From an uncultured Dorea sp. (lineage in GTDB: Bacteria; Bacillota; Clostridia; Lachnospirales; Lachnospiraceae), in contig CAJTVY010000005.1 in assembly GCA_910579925.1 (NCBI GenBank), forward strand, positions 16,948 through 80,947: DNA of 64,000 nt, given 5' to 3'. This document shows, in pieces, positions 48,601-57,159 of this stretch. Numbering within the stretch: position 1 is the stretch's first letter; every line of letters begins with the position of its first letter. A program made the translations under genes and the position numbers. A model generated the notes under the pieces. It ran no database searches. It saw only the letters and a program-made list of their open reading frames with translations, and was not told the DNA's origin.

Positions 48601-48950
48601 CCCAGTTTCTTCATGTTGCCCTTCAGCACACACAGTTTCTCCTCATAATCTCCCGCGATCTTTCGAAGAATCAGATTCTTTCCAACATCATCCAGGACCG
48701 GGAGCATGCCGCCTCCGGTCTCCTCAAACACACGGTAAGCCAGCCTTGCGAAACTTAAAACGTCTATGTTCATGATCCCCCGCCTGGGATGCGCCGCCAC
48801 CAGATCCTTCTGCGTCTGCATGGTGAATTGTTCGGGCACCAGAACAATATAGTTCTGTCTTTCATGCGCTATGGATTCCTTCACAATGTACTGATAAAGG
48901 CCGTATGATTTCCCGGAACCAGACGGCCCGAAGATAAATTGAAGTGACAT
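45603..48950 (-). CDS. addB: ATP-dependent helicase/deoxyribonuclease subunit B
   Basis: FGPSGSGKS P-loop, a nuclease domain (VVDYKTG), and C-terminal Fe-S cysteines CDYCQYRHVC. It lies immediately upstream of addA. Confidence 0.93.
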   Translation of the reverse strand: MSLQFIFGPSGSGKSYGLYQYIVKESIAHERQNYIVLVPEQFTMQTQKDLVAAHPRRGIMNIDVLSFARLAYRVFEETGGGMLPVLDDVGKNLILRKIAGDYEEKLCVLKGNMKKLGYITEVKSVISEFTQYDIGEEELLAVMESIGTESRLYYKLQDIRVLYKGFTEYLSRKYITKEELLDSLSRVIGQSEMLKNSTVVLDGFTGFTPVQNRLLLQLLRHCRKVVVTVTMDEREDPYVYSHPYQLFALSKHMVSTLVRLARENRIQVEDPVLRYEKPVYRFRENEPMEFLEKNLFRYQAGTFEEEQDAIHIHGVKNPWEESLAAAGAIRRMVREEGMRFREIGVIASNMEVYGDYLKRAFDLYDIPVFMDHKRNILLNSFVEYIRSLLNMAHKNFTDESVFRFLRTGLAGFTTEEVDELENYCLGLGIKGYKRWQERWIRRLKGMCEKDLERLNHCRVILVEKVDPLMFVLRQRNKTVRDITLAVYQFMVKENLQVRLKEQEEEFQAEGELALAKEYAQVYRILVELFDRFVELLGDEKVGLEEYCQLLDAGLEEARVGVIPPSTDQVVAGDVERTRLKDIRALFFLGANDAHLPGALLRTGLLSERDREYFQKEKLPLSPGGKEKAYIQKFYLYMNLTKPSEKLEIYYSKVSSDGKSVRPAYLIQEIRRLYPNIVVQDEDEKGIARRELTENLGIDWLIRGFRGERDGMDAAWKELYTWYKKEERWEKKVESLLRAGYYRRLRDGLSAYAAKKLYGETFEDSITRMEKFSACAFAHFLTYGLGLRDRQQYEFQAVDLGNVCHSALERYSKKVEDSGCDWVEISEERRRQYVDESVDEAVTDYGNSVLYQSARDEYMIVRMKRMLECTVWALTRQLKAGDFRPFAYELRFSYGKIDRVDTCTEDDRTYVKVVDYKTGSKAFDIISLYHGLQLQLMVYMNGAVELEKAKDPGREVVPAGVFYYRIKDPLVEKLEEGSLEETILKELRPDGVINLKDEVIAHLDHQTGGDSLAVPVKYKKDGSLAKGSKAVPEEEFRLMMRHAARKVAEVHGKILEGRTEAQPYRKGQETGCDYCQYRHVCGFDQKIPGYGYREIEKVSKEEILAAMKAEDQQTAL

Positions 48951-48968
48951 CTTCTCTCCTTCCTGTCC

Positions 48969-49841
48969 TTATTGAAGAATCACACATTGACGAGAGCGGG
49001 ATTCGAAAGCCGCTTCAAACTTATCCTTGTCATATTCCACCAGACCTTCCAGCGGATCTGCAATCTTGACCGTCTTCTCCGTGTATCCCACCAGCACCGC
49101 CGTATGGTCATTGGTGCTCCAGTCTACATAATCGCCGGCTTCTGTATACCAGCCCGTGGCTTGCCTGCGGTCCGCCATATCAATCGTCACCCATACGATT
49201 ACCGGGATCCCATGGCAGACAAGCTGGTATAATTTCTCCGGTGTCGCTCCGTTCTGGTCAATGGCCCATCTGTCGCTTCCCTGTTCTTCCAGATAATTAT
49301 TAGCCGCAGTCACAATTGCTCCCGAGCCGCAGACATGGCCGTTGCCTTTCGGGTCGCCGATAAAGTAATGGTTCAGATCCGTCCCTATAAGCCTTCCATC
49401 CTCTCCCTGGTGCAGATTCTCCCGCGCTTTAGGCAAATACCGCTCCGACAATTCCATCTTGTCAATGTCATAACCATAATAATTCAGAACCATGGTCAGC
49501 GACGTAATCTCACATCCTTTCGGCAGCTCCGGCTTCTGCAGAACCTCCGGGAACGAGGGCAGCGAATAATCCATTCTCCTGGGATAAATCGTAATTGCCG
49601 TATTAATCTTTCCTTCTGTTACCACGGCGCGGGCTATACCTTCCGTTACACCCGATACCAGATCTGTTGATAATTCATACTCAGAAAGATCTGATTCTTC
49701 GGTACTGTCCTTTGATGACTGATCTGCGCAATACACCGTCCTGGTTCCTGCCGGAACGTAAAGAGCCGCAGTACAGGCGGCTGCCAGGCAGATAGCTGCC
49801 GCCTTCTTAGTCTTTCGTCTGTTCTTCAACCTGATCCTCAT
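48969..49841 (-). CDS. Secreted C39-like (Peptidase_C39_2/BtrH-like) cysteine peptidase-fold protein
   Basis: The N-terminus is a basic plus hydrophobic signal (KKAAAICLAAACTAAL). The Cys motif is PKGCEITSLTMVLNYYG and the His motif is NDHTAVLVGY. Confidence 0.7.
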   Translation of the reverse strand: MRIRLKNRRKTKKAAAICLAAACTAALYVPAGTRTVYCADQSSKDSTEESDLSEYELSTDLVSGVTEGIARAVVTEGKINTAITIYPRRMDYSLPSFPEVLQKPELPKGCEITSLTMVLNYYGYDIDKMELSERYLPKARENLHQGEDGRLIGTDLNHYFIGDPKGNGHVCGSGAIVTAANNYLEEQGSDRWAIDQNGATPEKLYQLVCHGIPVIVWVTIDMADRRQATGWYTEAGDYVDWSTNDHTAVLVGYTEKTVKIADPLEGLVEYDKDKFEAAFESRSRQCVILQ

Positions 49842-49926
49842 ACTCCTTTTCCTAAAAACAAATCAATATCTATCTCTATTTTAAATCATTTTTAGGATAT
49901 GCACAACAGGAATTTTTAATCATATT

Positions 49927-50754
49927 TTACATCAGCATATTAATAAGAAAACTGTCTCCACCCTTCTGCGCTTCGCTTTCCTTTACATTAGAAACCTCGC
50001 CCATACGCTGCATCGCTTTCAGAAGCATGGCCCTAACCTTTGCCACCTCGTTTTCGTCGCACATATCGTTTGCCACTCCATATTCGCAGTCTGACAGATC
50101 TTTTTTCAGCAGACTCACCACCATCTGCACCTGTGCGGACGTTTTCGCAGATGCGAGCTGCCTCGCACGTTTTCCCTGGTTAAAAGCAACCTTTCCAGAA
50201 CGCTTTTCTGAATCTTCTTCCGGGGCGTTCTCCTGTCCGATTAAAATCTGGTCTTCTCTTCGATCCTCGTCTCCTTCTGCCTCCTGCGTGCCGCCTGTGT
50301 CTCCCAGCACTTCTCTGATATCTCCTGTCACCATAGAGGTAATCTTCTCGTCTGCAAAGATTTCGTCCAGGATATCTTTCGGGATCTGCTGACCTGCGCT
50401 CCATCCGGGCAGTTTCTCCTTGATGGAGTCCGACACCGCACTCGCCAGCTTCTGTTCTAACCGCCCCAGAGTCCGGCACGCAGCAACACGGTCGTTCCGG
50501 TCCAGGGTCTTGTAATACTCGTTGAGCCTTCCGTGGTACGCCTCCTCCTCAGCCTGGTTGTCCCCGGACATTCCGTTATACTTATAATATGCGTTCTTTA
50601 CATTTTCAAACACATACTCCTTCATTTCTTCTGAAACATCAATGATTCTCTTCTGATCCGGACTGCCCGTAATCAGCATCCCCTCTACGCCGTAAGAATT
50701 CTTAAAGTGTCCGGAACGTAGATCTTCGATTGTATTCACATATCCTCCCCGCAT
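49927..50754 (-). CDS. Hypothetical acidic protein (275 aa)
   Basis: It has a good RBS (AAGGAGAG 7 nt before the ATG) and an uninterrupted ORF with no TM. The central region is acidic and disordered (EAEGDEDRREDQ..APEEDSEKR). No family was recognised. Confidence 0.6.
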   Translation of the reverse strand: MRGGYVNTIEDLRSGHFKNSYGVEGMLITGSPDQKRIIDVSEEMKEYVFENVKNAYYKYNGMSGDNQAEEEAYHGRLNEYYKTLDRNDRVAACRTLGRLEQKLASAVSDSIKEKLPGWSAGQQIPKDILDEIFADEKITSMVTGDIREVLGDTGGTQEAEGDEDRREDQILIGQENAPEEDSEKRSGKVAFNQGKRARQLASAKTSAQVQMVVSLLKKDLSDCEYGVANDMCDENEVAKVRAMLLKAMQRMGEVSNVKESEAQKGGDSFLINMLM

Positions 50755-50914
50755 TCTTTCTCTCTCCTTTCTTCAATACCAGGGCTGTTTTCAGCCTCTT
50801 CTTAATTTTTATATCGACAGAAAGAATCGTTTTATGGGGGAAAGGGAACGAACGGGGGTGTTTTTGGGAATGAACGGCCAGAAGTTTATAGACATTTCTT
50901 CAGATACATAGCTT

Positions 50915-51781
50915 CTATTCTCCGGCAGCATTCCTTAACTTCTCGGCAAACTCATTGCTGAGAGTAATCCTGGCAACATAGAACACATCTCCCGTCATAT
51001 AGACCGTAAAGTCGTCCTCGATCTCCACCTGCAGATCTCCGCCCGGCATATGCACGATCACCTTGTTATTAGTCATTCCCAGTTTATAAGCCACGCCTGC
51101 CGCAGCACATGCTCCGGTCCCGGACGCCAGCGTATAGCCTGCGCCTCTCTCGTAAATCTCGATGGCAACATGTTCCTTGTCAATCACCTTCATAATCTGG
51201 GTATTCACACGATTCGGGAAATACCTGGCCATCTCTGCATAGTCCCCGATCTTGCACACCAGAGGCCTGGAAATCTCACGCATAGGAATCACGCAGTGAG
51301 GATTTCCGATGGACACACAGGTAACCGGATACAGGGTTCTGCCGAATACCATATCCTCGTTAATCACTTCCCGGCTCTCGCCCGTTACCGGAATATCGTC
51401 GCTTCGGAAAGACAGCCGTCCCATTGACACCCGCAGACGGCTTCCGTCTTCATTCAGAAACGTCACTTCCGCCGGGCCGTTGCCTGTGTATAATTTGAAA
51501 TTCTTCTTCTGAACATAGCTTGCATCTTTTAAGTATTTTGCAAAGATCCTCACACCGTTTCCACTGGTCTCCGACTCGCTTCCGTCTGGATTCCAGACCT
51601 TGATGCGCATTCCGTCCGCCTCAAGAATCGGCCCTTCCAGCACTCCGTCCGAGCCGAGTCCCGCATTACGGTCACAGATCATCTTCACATTCTCCGGCGT
51701 CAGCTTTAATTCATTCTTATTGGGATCAAATACGACATAATCATTGCCAAGTCCGTGATAACGCTCTAATACAACCTTCAT
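50915..51781 (-). CDS. dapF: Diaminopimelate epimerase
   Basis: YHGLGNDYVVFD, SIGNPHCV and SGTGACAA (the two catalytic Cys motifs). Confidence 0.93.
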   Translation of the reverse strand: MKVVLERYHGLGNDYVVFDPNKNELKLTPENVKMICDRNAGLGSDGVLEGPILEADGMRIKVWNPDGSESETSGNGVRIFAKYLKDASYVQKKNFKLYTGNGPAEVTFLNEDGSRLRVSMGRLSFRSDDIPVTGESREVINEDMVFGRTLYPVTCVSIGNPHCVIPMREISRPLVCKIGDYAEMARYFPNRVNTQIMKVIDKEHVAIEIYERGAGYTLASGTGACAAAGVAYKLGMTNNKVIVHMPGGDLQVEIEDDFTVYMTGDVFYVARITLSNEFAEKLRNAAGE

Positions 51782-52010
51782 TCCATACCTCCATAAAATC
51801 TCTTACCTTATCATCTATGCTGCTTCCCCGACGGGTATGCTTCTATCATAACAGGCATTATTTCCCATTTCAACGCAATTCATGCCAATTACATTGCAAA
51901 TCCTGCTGTCTTACGGTATGATAGGTAACAGTGAAGCCGGAAGGCTGAACTGTTACTATGATAGACAGAGAAACACAATTCTACAAATGATCTGATCATG
52001 GAGTATGCCG

Positions 52011-52859
52011 ATGGAAGAATATGTAAAGAAGGGGTATCTGAACAGCGAATTCCGTCTGTTTCATCTGACAGACCAGGAAACCCGCAAGGTAGAATACCAC
52101 TACCACGATTTTGACAAGATTACCATTTTCCTCAAAGGGAACGTCAACTATATCATCGAAGGAAAATCCTATGAACTGAAACCTTATGACATTGTACTCG
52201 TCAGGCACAACGACATCCACAGGCTGATGGCAGACAATTCCGTTCCATATGACAGAATCATCGTCTACATCTCTGTGAATTTTATGAACGCTTATAAAAC
52301 CGATTCCTATGACTTAAGCTACTGTTTCCAGAAAGCCGAGAAGGAACGCTCTAATGTGCTGCGAATCCCTTCCTTGGAGAAAAGTTCCCTGTTTCGTTCT
52401 ATTTCACGGCTGGAACAGTCTTTTTCAGACGACGGGTATGCGGCAGAATTATTCCGTCAGGTTCTCTTTCTGGAATTCATGATACATCTGAACCGCGCAG
52501 CCATGAAAAACCGGCTGGAATTCATCGACACAGCCAACTGTAACTCTAAGGTTCTGGCCATTCTTAAGTATATTAATGAAAATCTGGACGGGGAACTGGA
52601 TATCGAGACGCTTGCCGGACATTTCTATATCAGCAAATATCATATGATGAGGCTGTTCAAGCAGGAAACCGGCTACACTCTGGGCCAGTATACTTCCCAG
52701 AAACGGCTTCTGCTTGCAAAAGAACTGATCCTCTCCGGCGTGCCGGGCACACAAGCCTGTTTTGACTGCGGTTTTAGAGACTATTCCACCTTCCTGCGGG
52801 CATACAGAAAATTCTTCGGGGAATCTCCGCGGGCTTCCCGGGGCTTCGATTCCCCTTAA
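52011..52859 (+). CDS. AraC-family transcriptional regulator (cupin sensor + HTH_18)
   Basis: The N-terminus is cupin-like (FRLFHLTD..HYHDFDKITIFLKG). The C-terminus is HFYISKYHMMRLFKQETGYTLGQY..GFRDYSTFLRAYRKFFG. I prefer the second ATG (52011) on RBS spacing. Confidence 0.88.
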   Translation: MEEYVKKGYLNSEFRLFHLTDQETRKVEYHYHDFDKITIFLKGNVNYIIEGKSYELKPYDIVLVRHNDIHRLMADNSVPYDRIIVYISVNFMNAYKTDSYDLSYCFQKAEKERSNVLRIPSLEKSSLFRSISRLEQSFSDDGYAAELFRQVLFLEFMIHLNRAAMKNRLEFIDTANCNSKVLAILKYINENLDGELDIETLAGHFYISKYHMMRLFKQETGYTLGQYTSQKRLLLAKELILSGVPGTQACFDCGFRDYSTFLRAYRKFFGESPRASRGFDSP

Positions 52860-52861
52860 CC

Positions 52862-54121
52862 TCATTGATCAAAACCGTCGCTTCGGATCTTTCGATACAT
52901 CTCAGACGGAACATAAGCCCGTATGAAAATCCCGTCCTCCCGGTAATCTTCTTCCAGCAGTTCTCCGTATCTGCGGATCTGCTGGATCTTTCCCGCCTCC
53001 TGGTAACTGTACAGGCGCTCCAGCAGCGTCTTCCGCTCTCTCAGTACCGCCTCCACCGTCTTTAAGAGTTCCAGAATCCCGTCCCCATTCCTGGCAGAGA
53101 TCTTTACCGTATAGTCTGCCCGGAAATCCCGGATCATTCCCGGATCCTCCGTAACCTTATCCTGTTTGTTGAACACCGTGATTACCGGCTTGTCCGTAAC
53201 CCCCAGGCTCATAAGAGTCTCGTATACAATATACATCTGTTCATCCATCTGTGGATTGGAGACATCCGCCACATGCAGAATCAGATCCGCATACCGCGCT
53301 TCCTCAAGGGTGCTTCTGAATGCCTCAATCAGATGGTGGGGCAGTTTGCGGATAAAACCTACCGTATCCGTCAGAAGGATCTTCTGCCCTCCCGGAAGCT
53401 GCCTCTCCCTGGTAGTAGGATCCAGAGTGGCAAAGAGCTTGTCCTCCGCTAAAATATCCGCACCTGTCAGCACGTTCAGAAGCGTGGACTTCCCGGCATT
53501 GGTATAACCTACGATAGCCGCCACCGGAATATGGTTCCGGGTTCTCTGTTCCCGGGTAACCTCCCGATGACGCCGGACATCCTTCAGTTCCCGGTTAAGC
53601 TGCGCAATCCGGCTCTTGATCAGCCGCCGGTCCATCTCCAGCTTCTTCTCCCCCGGCCCTCTGGTTCCGATTCCGCCTCCCAGCCTTGACATAGCCGTCC
53701 CGAATCCGGTAAGACGGGTCTGACGATATTTTAACTGAGCCAGTTCCACCTGGATCTTACCCTCGCTGGTAGAAGCCCTTGCCGCAAAGATATCCAGAAT
53801 AATCAGTGTGCGGTCCATCACCTTGGTATCCAGTTCATCCTGGAGATTCTTCATCTGCACAGGTGAAAGTTCATCGTCACAGATTATGCCTGTTGCCTCA
53901 AGTTCCCACAGAAGATCTTTCAGTTCCTCGATCTTCCCTTTTCCTATATAAGTCCCAGGGTGTATCTGTTCCCGGTTCTGCAAAAGCCTCCCTACGGTCT
54001 TCGCTCCCGCAGTATCCGCCAGATCCTCTAATTCCTCCAGGGACTTTAGCGTATCCTCCTGTTCGCAGGTGCATACTCCCACCAGGATGACACGCTCTGT
54101 TTCCTTCTCTAATTCAATCAT
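52862..54121 (-). CDS. hflX: GTPase HflX
   Basis: The HflX N-domain is followed by G motifs VAIVGYTNAGKSTLLN, DTVGF and NKQD. Its stop codon is only 2 nt from the convergent AraC-gene stop. Confidence 0.93.
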   Translation of the reverse strand: MIELEKETERVILVGVCTCEQEDTLKSLEELEDLADTAGAKTVGRLLQNREQIHPGTYIGKGKIEELKDLLWELEATGIICDDELSPVQMKNLQDELDTKVMDRTLIILDIFAARASTSEGKIQVELAQLKYRQTRLTGFGTAMSRLGGGIGTRGPGEKKLEMDRRLIKSRIAQLNRELKDVRRHREVTREQRTRNHIPVAAIVGYTNAGKSTLLNVLTGADILAEDKLFATLDPTTRERQLPGGQKILLTDTVGFIRKLPHHLIEAFRSTLEEARYADLILHVADVSNPQMDEQMYIVYETLMSLGVTDKPVITVFNKQDKVTEDPGMIRDFRADYTVKISARNGDGILELLKTVEAVLRERKTLLERLYSYQEAGKIQQIRRYGELLEEDYREDGIFIRAYVPSEMYRKIRSDGFDQ

Positions 54122-54151
54122 ACCTGCTCCTTTTATGACAGAGTCCGCCGC

Positions 54152-54745
54152 CTATCTCGTCTCCAGGAACTGCTGCTCTTTTAACACACTGGCGTCATCA
54201 GGGTACTCTGAAACATACTCTGCCACCTTCGCCTTTGCATTCTCCCAGTCTCCCGACTGTTCAAGGGCCACAATCAGATTAAACTTCATCTCCTGGTCAA
54301 GTTCTTCACTGTTTCCCTTAAGCCCGATCCCCATCTGAAAATAATTCTGCGCCGATTGCGGATTCCCGGTCTTCAGTTCACAGTTTCCCAGAAAGTTGTA
54401 GATGGTTCCCGTAAACGGTGATTCTGACTCCTGTTCTAACGCCTTTTGAAATGCATCCCTTGCACCCTCATAGTCTTCCAGTTCCCACCTTGCGATACCG
54501 ATCCCACGGTAAGCGTCTCCTACATTAACCTCATCTTTCACAGCCTCTTCAAACTGACTGATTGCCTCTTCATATTGCCCCTTTTCCAGATATTCTATTC
54601 CTTCCTCGGAAGGATTACTTTTACAGACTAACAGATACAGACACAGGCACAGGCCCGATAAGAAAAGAACCATCACTCCGACTACGATTCGTCTTACCAT
54701 GACCGCTCTTTTTTTTCTGCGTTTTCTCCGGTTTGTCTTTTTCAT
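54152..54745 (-). CDS. Membrane-anchored TPR-repeat protein
   Basis: MKKTNRRKRRKKR plus a TM helix (VVGVMVLFLSGLCLCLYLLV), then 3-4 TPR-like repeats (YLEKGQYEEAISQFEEA..). The start is ATG 54745, after GGAGGAA. Confidence 0.75.
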   Translation of the reverse strand: MKKTNRRKRRKKRAVMVRRIVVGVMVLFLSGLCLCLYLLVCKSNPSEEGIEYLEKGQYEEAISQFEEAVKDEVNVGDAYRGIGIARWELEDYEGARDAFQKALEQESESPFTGTIYNFLGNCELKTGNPQSAQNYFQMGIGLKGNSEELDQEMKFNLIVALEQSGDWENAKAKVAEYVSEYPDDASVLKEQQFLETR

Positions 54746-54819
54746 GAAAATTCCTCCGTCTGCTTCTTCATTATCTTCCTGCCCCGCACCGGTTCTTCTC
54801 TGACACGAATCGCCCGGCT

Positions 54820-56682
54820 CTAAACTATATACTTTGCAACCCACGCAGAATTCAGCAATGCCAGAAACATCACTCCGACCTCCGCCAGTATTGCCTCTCC
54901 CATAGTGAAATATCCTGTAACCGCAAGGCCCAGAACAATCGCCTTGATCAGCAGCGCGAATCTCGCATTATGGCTCACTACCTTAAGGGTCTTCCTGGCA
55001 ATCTTAATGGCATCGATGATCCCTGGCAGATCATCCTCCAGCAAAATAATGTCCGCCGCCTCTACCGCAGCCGCCGATCCCATGGCGCCCATTGCAATCC
55101 CTACGTCCGCTCTTGCCAGAACAGGAGCATCATTGATCCCGTCTCCGACACAGACCAGACGTTCCGAACTATCCTGAATGCTCAGAAAATCCTCCACATA
55201 CTGAAGCTTATCTTCCGGCATAAGGTCTGCGTAGGCATAATCCATCTCCAGTTCCTGCGCCACCGGAATACTGCTGCTTTTCGTATCGCCGGTGAGCATG
55301 ACAAGCACTCCGTTACATTTTTTCCGCAGATAGTCTAATGTATCTTTCGCTTCTTCTTTGACAGCGTCCTCGATCAGAATATATCCTGCATATCTCTTCT
55401 CAATGGAAACATAGAGCACCGTACCTGGCTGTTCCACTTCTGCACACAGAACGCCCTGGCTGTCCATCAGCTTTTTGTTGCCCACATAGACCCGCTGCCC
55501 GTCAAATACGGCGCTTACTCCGAAACCAGGCATCTCGCGCATCCGGCATACCCTGCGCTTATCCACCTGCCGGCGGTATTCAGTAAGCAGCGACTGGGCG
55601 ATCGGATGGTTGGAATACCCCTCTACATGAGCCGCAATCCCTAAAAGCGCTTCCTGAGTCATATTAAATGGTCGTACTTCCTTAACCTGGAATACTCCCT
55701 GTGTCAATGTACCCGTCTTGTCAAAAATAAATGTGTCTGCCTTCGCCAGATTCTCCAGATGATTCCTGCCCTTGACCACGATCCCCTGTCGCGCCGCCGA
55801 AGCGATCCCGCCAAGAAATGCCAGCGGTATAGATAAAACCAGTCCGCATGGACAGGCTACAACCAGAAAATTGAGCCCTCGGTAGATCCAGGTGTCCCAG
55901 TTCCCGTAAGAAAATGTCATGGACGGACATACCATGACCGCAAGCGCGCACAACAATATGGCAGGCGTATATATTTTCGAAAAACTTCCGACAAAATTCT
56001 CACTGTCCGCTTTCTCCTCCTGGGCGTCTTCTACCATCTTCATGATCCGGGTCACCGCCGAATCTTCGTATGCGCCCACCACCATTGCTTCCACGGCGGC
56101 GCTTAAGTTAATATATCCACTGTAAATCCGGTCTCCGGTTCCCACAGACTGCGGAAGGGCCTCTCCTGTAAGCGCTTTTGTATCTACATCCGAGATGCCA
56201 TAAGTAATCATCGCATCCGCAGGCACTCGTTCCCCAGGCTTGATGATGATCGCATGGCCGGGCTTCAGCGTTGAGGGATCTACCTTAAACTCCCTGCCCC
56301 GAACCAGCCTGGTAGCATATTCCGGCCGGATGTTGATCAGTTCCTGGATCGTACGCTTCGTACTGTCCGTAGAGTAGGCATCAAAAAGCATCCCCAGCCC
56401 GAACAGCGCCATGACAAATACGCCCTCTTCATACTGTTTTATCCCAAGGGCTCCGATCGTTGCAAACACGATGAGTGTATACTCGGTCATAAATCTCTTC
56501 TGCATCAGACTCTCTTCCAGTCTGCGGAAGGTCTCAAAACCGATGATCAGATATGACGCCAGAAACCAGAGGAACTTTACACGGTCTTCCAGCGTATATT
56601 GTATGGATGCATAAACCGCACCCGCATATACAGCGATTCCTGCAATATAGATCATACAACTTACTTTCAACTGCTTTGTCAT
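54820..56682 (-). CDS. Heavy-metal P1B-type ATPase without an N-terminal metal-binding domain
   Basis: ACPCGL (CPC), FDKTGTLT, SNHP and GDGINDAP motifs in a 620-aa protein that begins directly with TM helices. Confidence 0.9.
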   Translation of the reverse strand: MTKQLKVSCMIYIAGIAVYAGAVYASIQYTLEDRVKFLWFLASYLIIGFETFRRLEESLMQKRFMTEYTLIVFATIGALGIKQYEEGVFVMALFGLGMLFDAYSTDSTKRTIQELINIRPEYATRLVRGREFKVDPSTLKPGHAIIIKPGERVPADAMITYGISDVDTKALTGEALPQSVGTGDRIYSGYINLSAAVEAMVVGAYEDSAVTRIMKMVEDAQEEKADSENFVGSFSKIYTPAILLCALAVMVCPSMTFSYGNWDTWIYRGLNFLVVACPCGLVLSIPLAFLGGIASAARQGIVVKGRNHLENLAKADTFIFDKTGTLTQGVFQVKEVRPFNMTQEALLGIAAHVEGYSNHPIAQSLLTEYRRQVDKRRVCRMREMPGFGVSAVFDGQRVYVGNKKLMDSQGVLCAEVEQPGTVLYVSIEKRYAGYILIEDAVKEEAKDTLDYLRKKCNGVLVMLTGDTKSSSIPVAQELEMDYAYADLMPEDKLQYVEDFLSIQDSSERLVCVGDGINDAPVLARADVGIAMGAMGSAAAVEAADIILLEDDLPGIIDAIKIARKTLKVVSHNARFALLIKAIVLGLAVTGYFTMGEAILAEVGVMFLALLNSAWVAKYIV

Positions 56683-56699
56683 GATGCCCTACCCTTTGA

Positions 56700-57059
56700 C
56701 TACTCTGTAATGTGCTCCATCCCCTGGCTGATAATCGTCTCAATATGGTCGTCGGCCAGAGAGTAATATACGGTCTTTCCCTCTCTTCGATTCTTCACCA
56801 GCTTCATCTGCTTTAACACCCGTAACTGATGGGAAATCGCAGACTGTGTCATCTCGAGAATCTCGGCAAGGTCGCAGACGCACACCTCCGCCTCCAATAG
56901 AACCCATAGAATCCTGATCCTGGTAGAATCTCCAAATACTTTATAAAAATCTGCCAGTTCCTTTGATAACTCTTCTTTAAGGCGCTTAGGCCTGATCTGC
57001 CGGACAATCTCATTATGGACGCAAGTCACCTCACAGCACTCGGCCTCTGTCTTATTCAT
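56700..57059 (-). CDS. ArsR/SmtB-family metal-sensing repressor (CadC/CzrA-like)
   Basis: ..FKVFGDSTRIRILWVLLEAEVCVCDLAEILEMTQSAISHQLRVLK..VKNRREGKTVYYSL. Cys residues are present at the N-terminus (ECCEVTC) and in helix alpha3 (CVC). Confidence 0.88.
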   Translation of the reverse strand: MNKTEAECCEVTCVHNEIVRQIRPKRLKEELSKELADFYKVFGDSTRIRILWVLLEAEVCVCDLAEILEMTQSAISHQLRVLKQMKLVKNRREGKTVYYSLADDHIETIISQGMEHITE

Positions 57060-57107
57060 ACTATGCCTTCCTTTCCATGGATATGAAAATCCATATCAAT
57101 TTTAATT

Positions 57108-57144
57108 ATGCCAAACGGTGTCTCTGATTTCAACCGTTTGGCAT
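57108..57144 (-). terminator. Hairpin between the upstream ATPase gene and the arsR-family gene
   Basis: Perfect 11-bp stem ATGCCAAACGG / CCGTTTGGCAT with a 15-nt loop. There is no clear U-tract, so it may be an attenuator or processing site rather than a full terminator. Confidence 0.45.
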
Positions 57145-57159
57145 AAAATGAAAGTAAAA

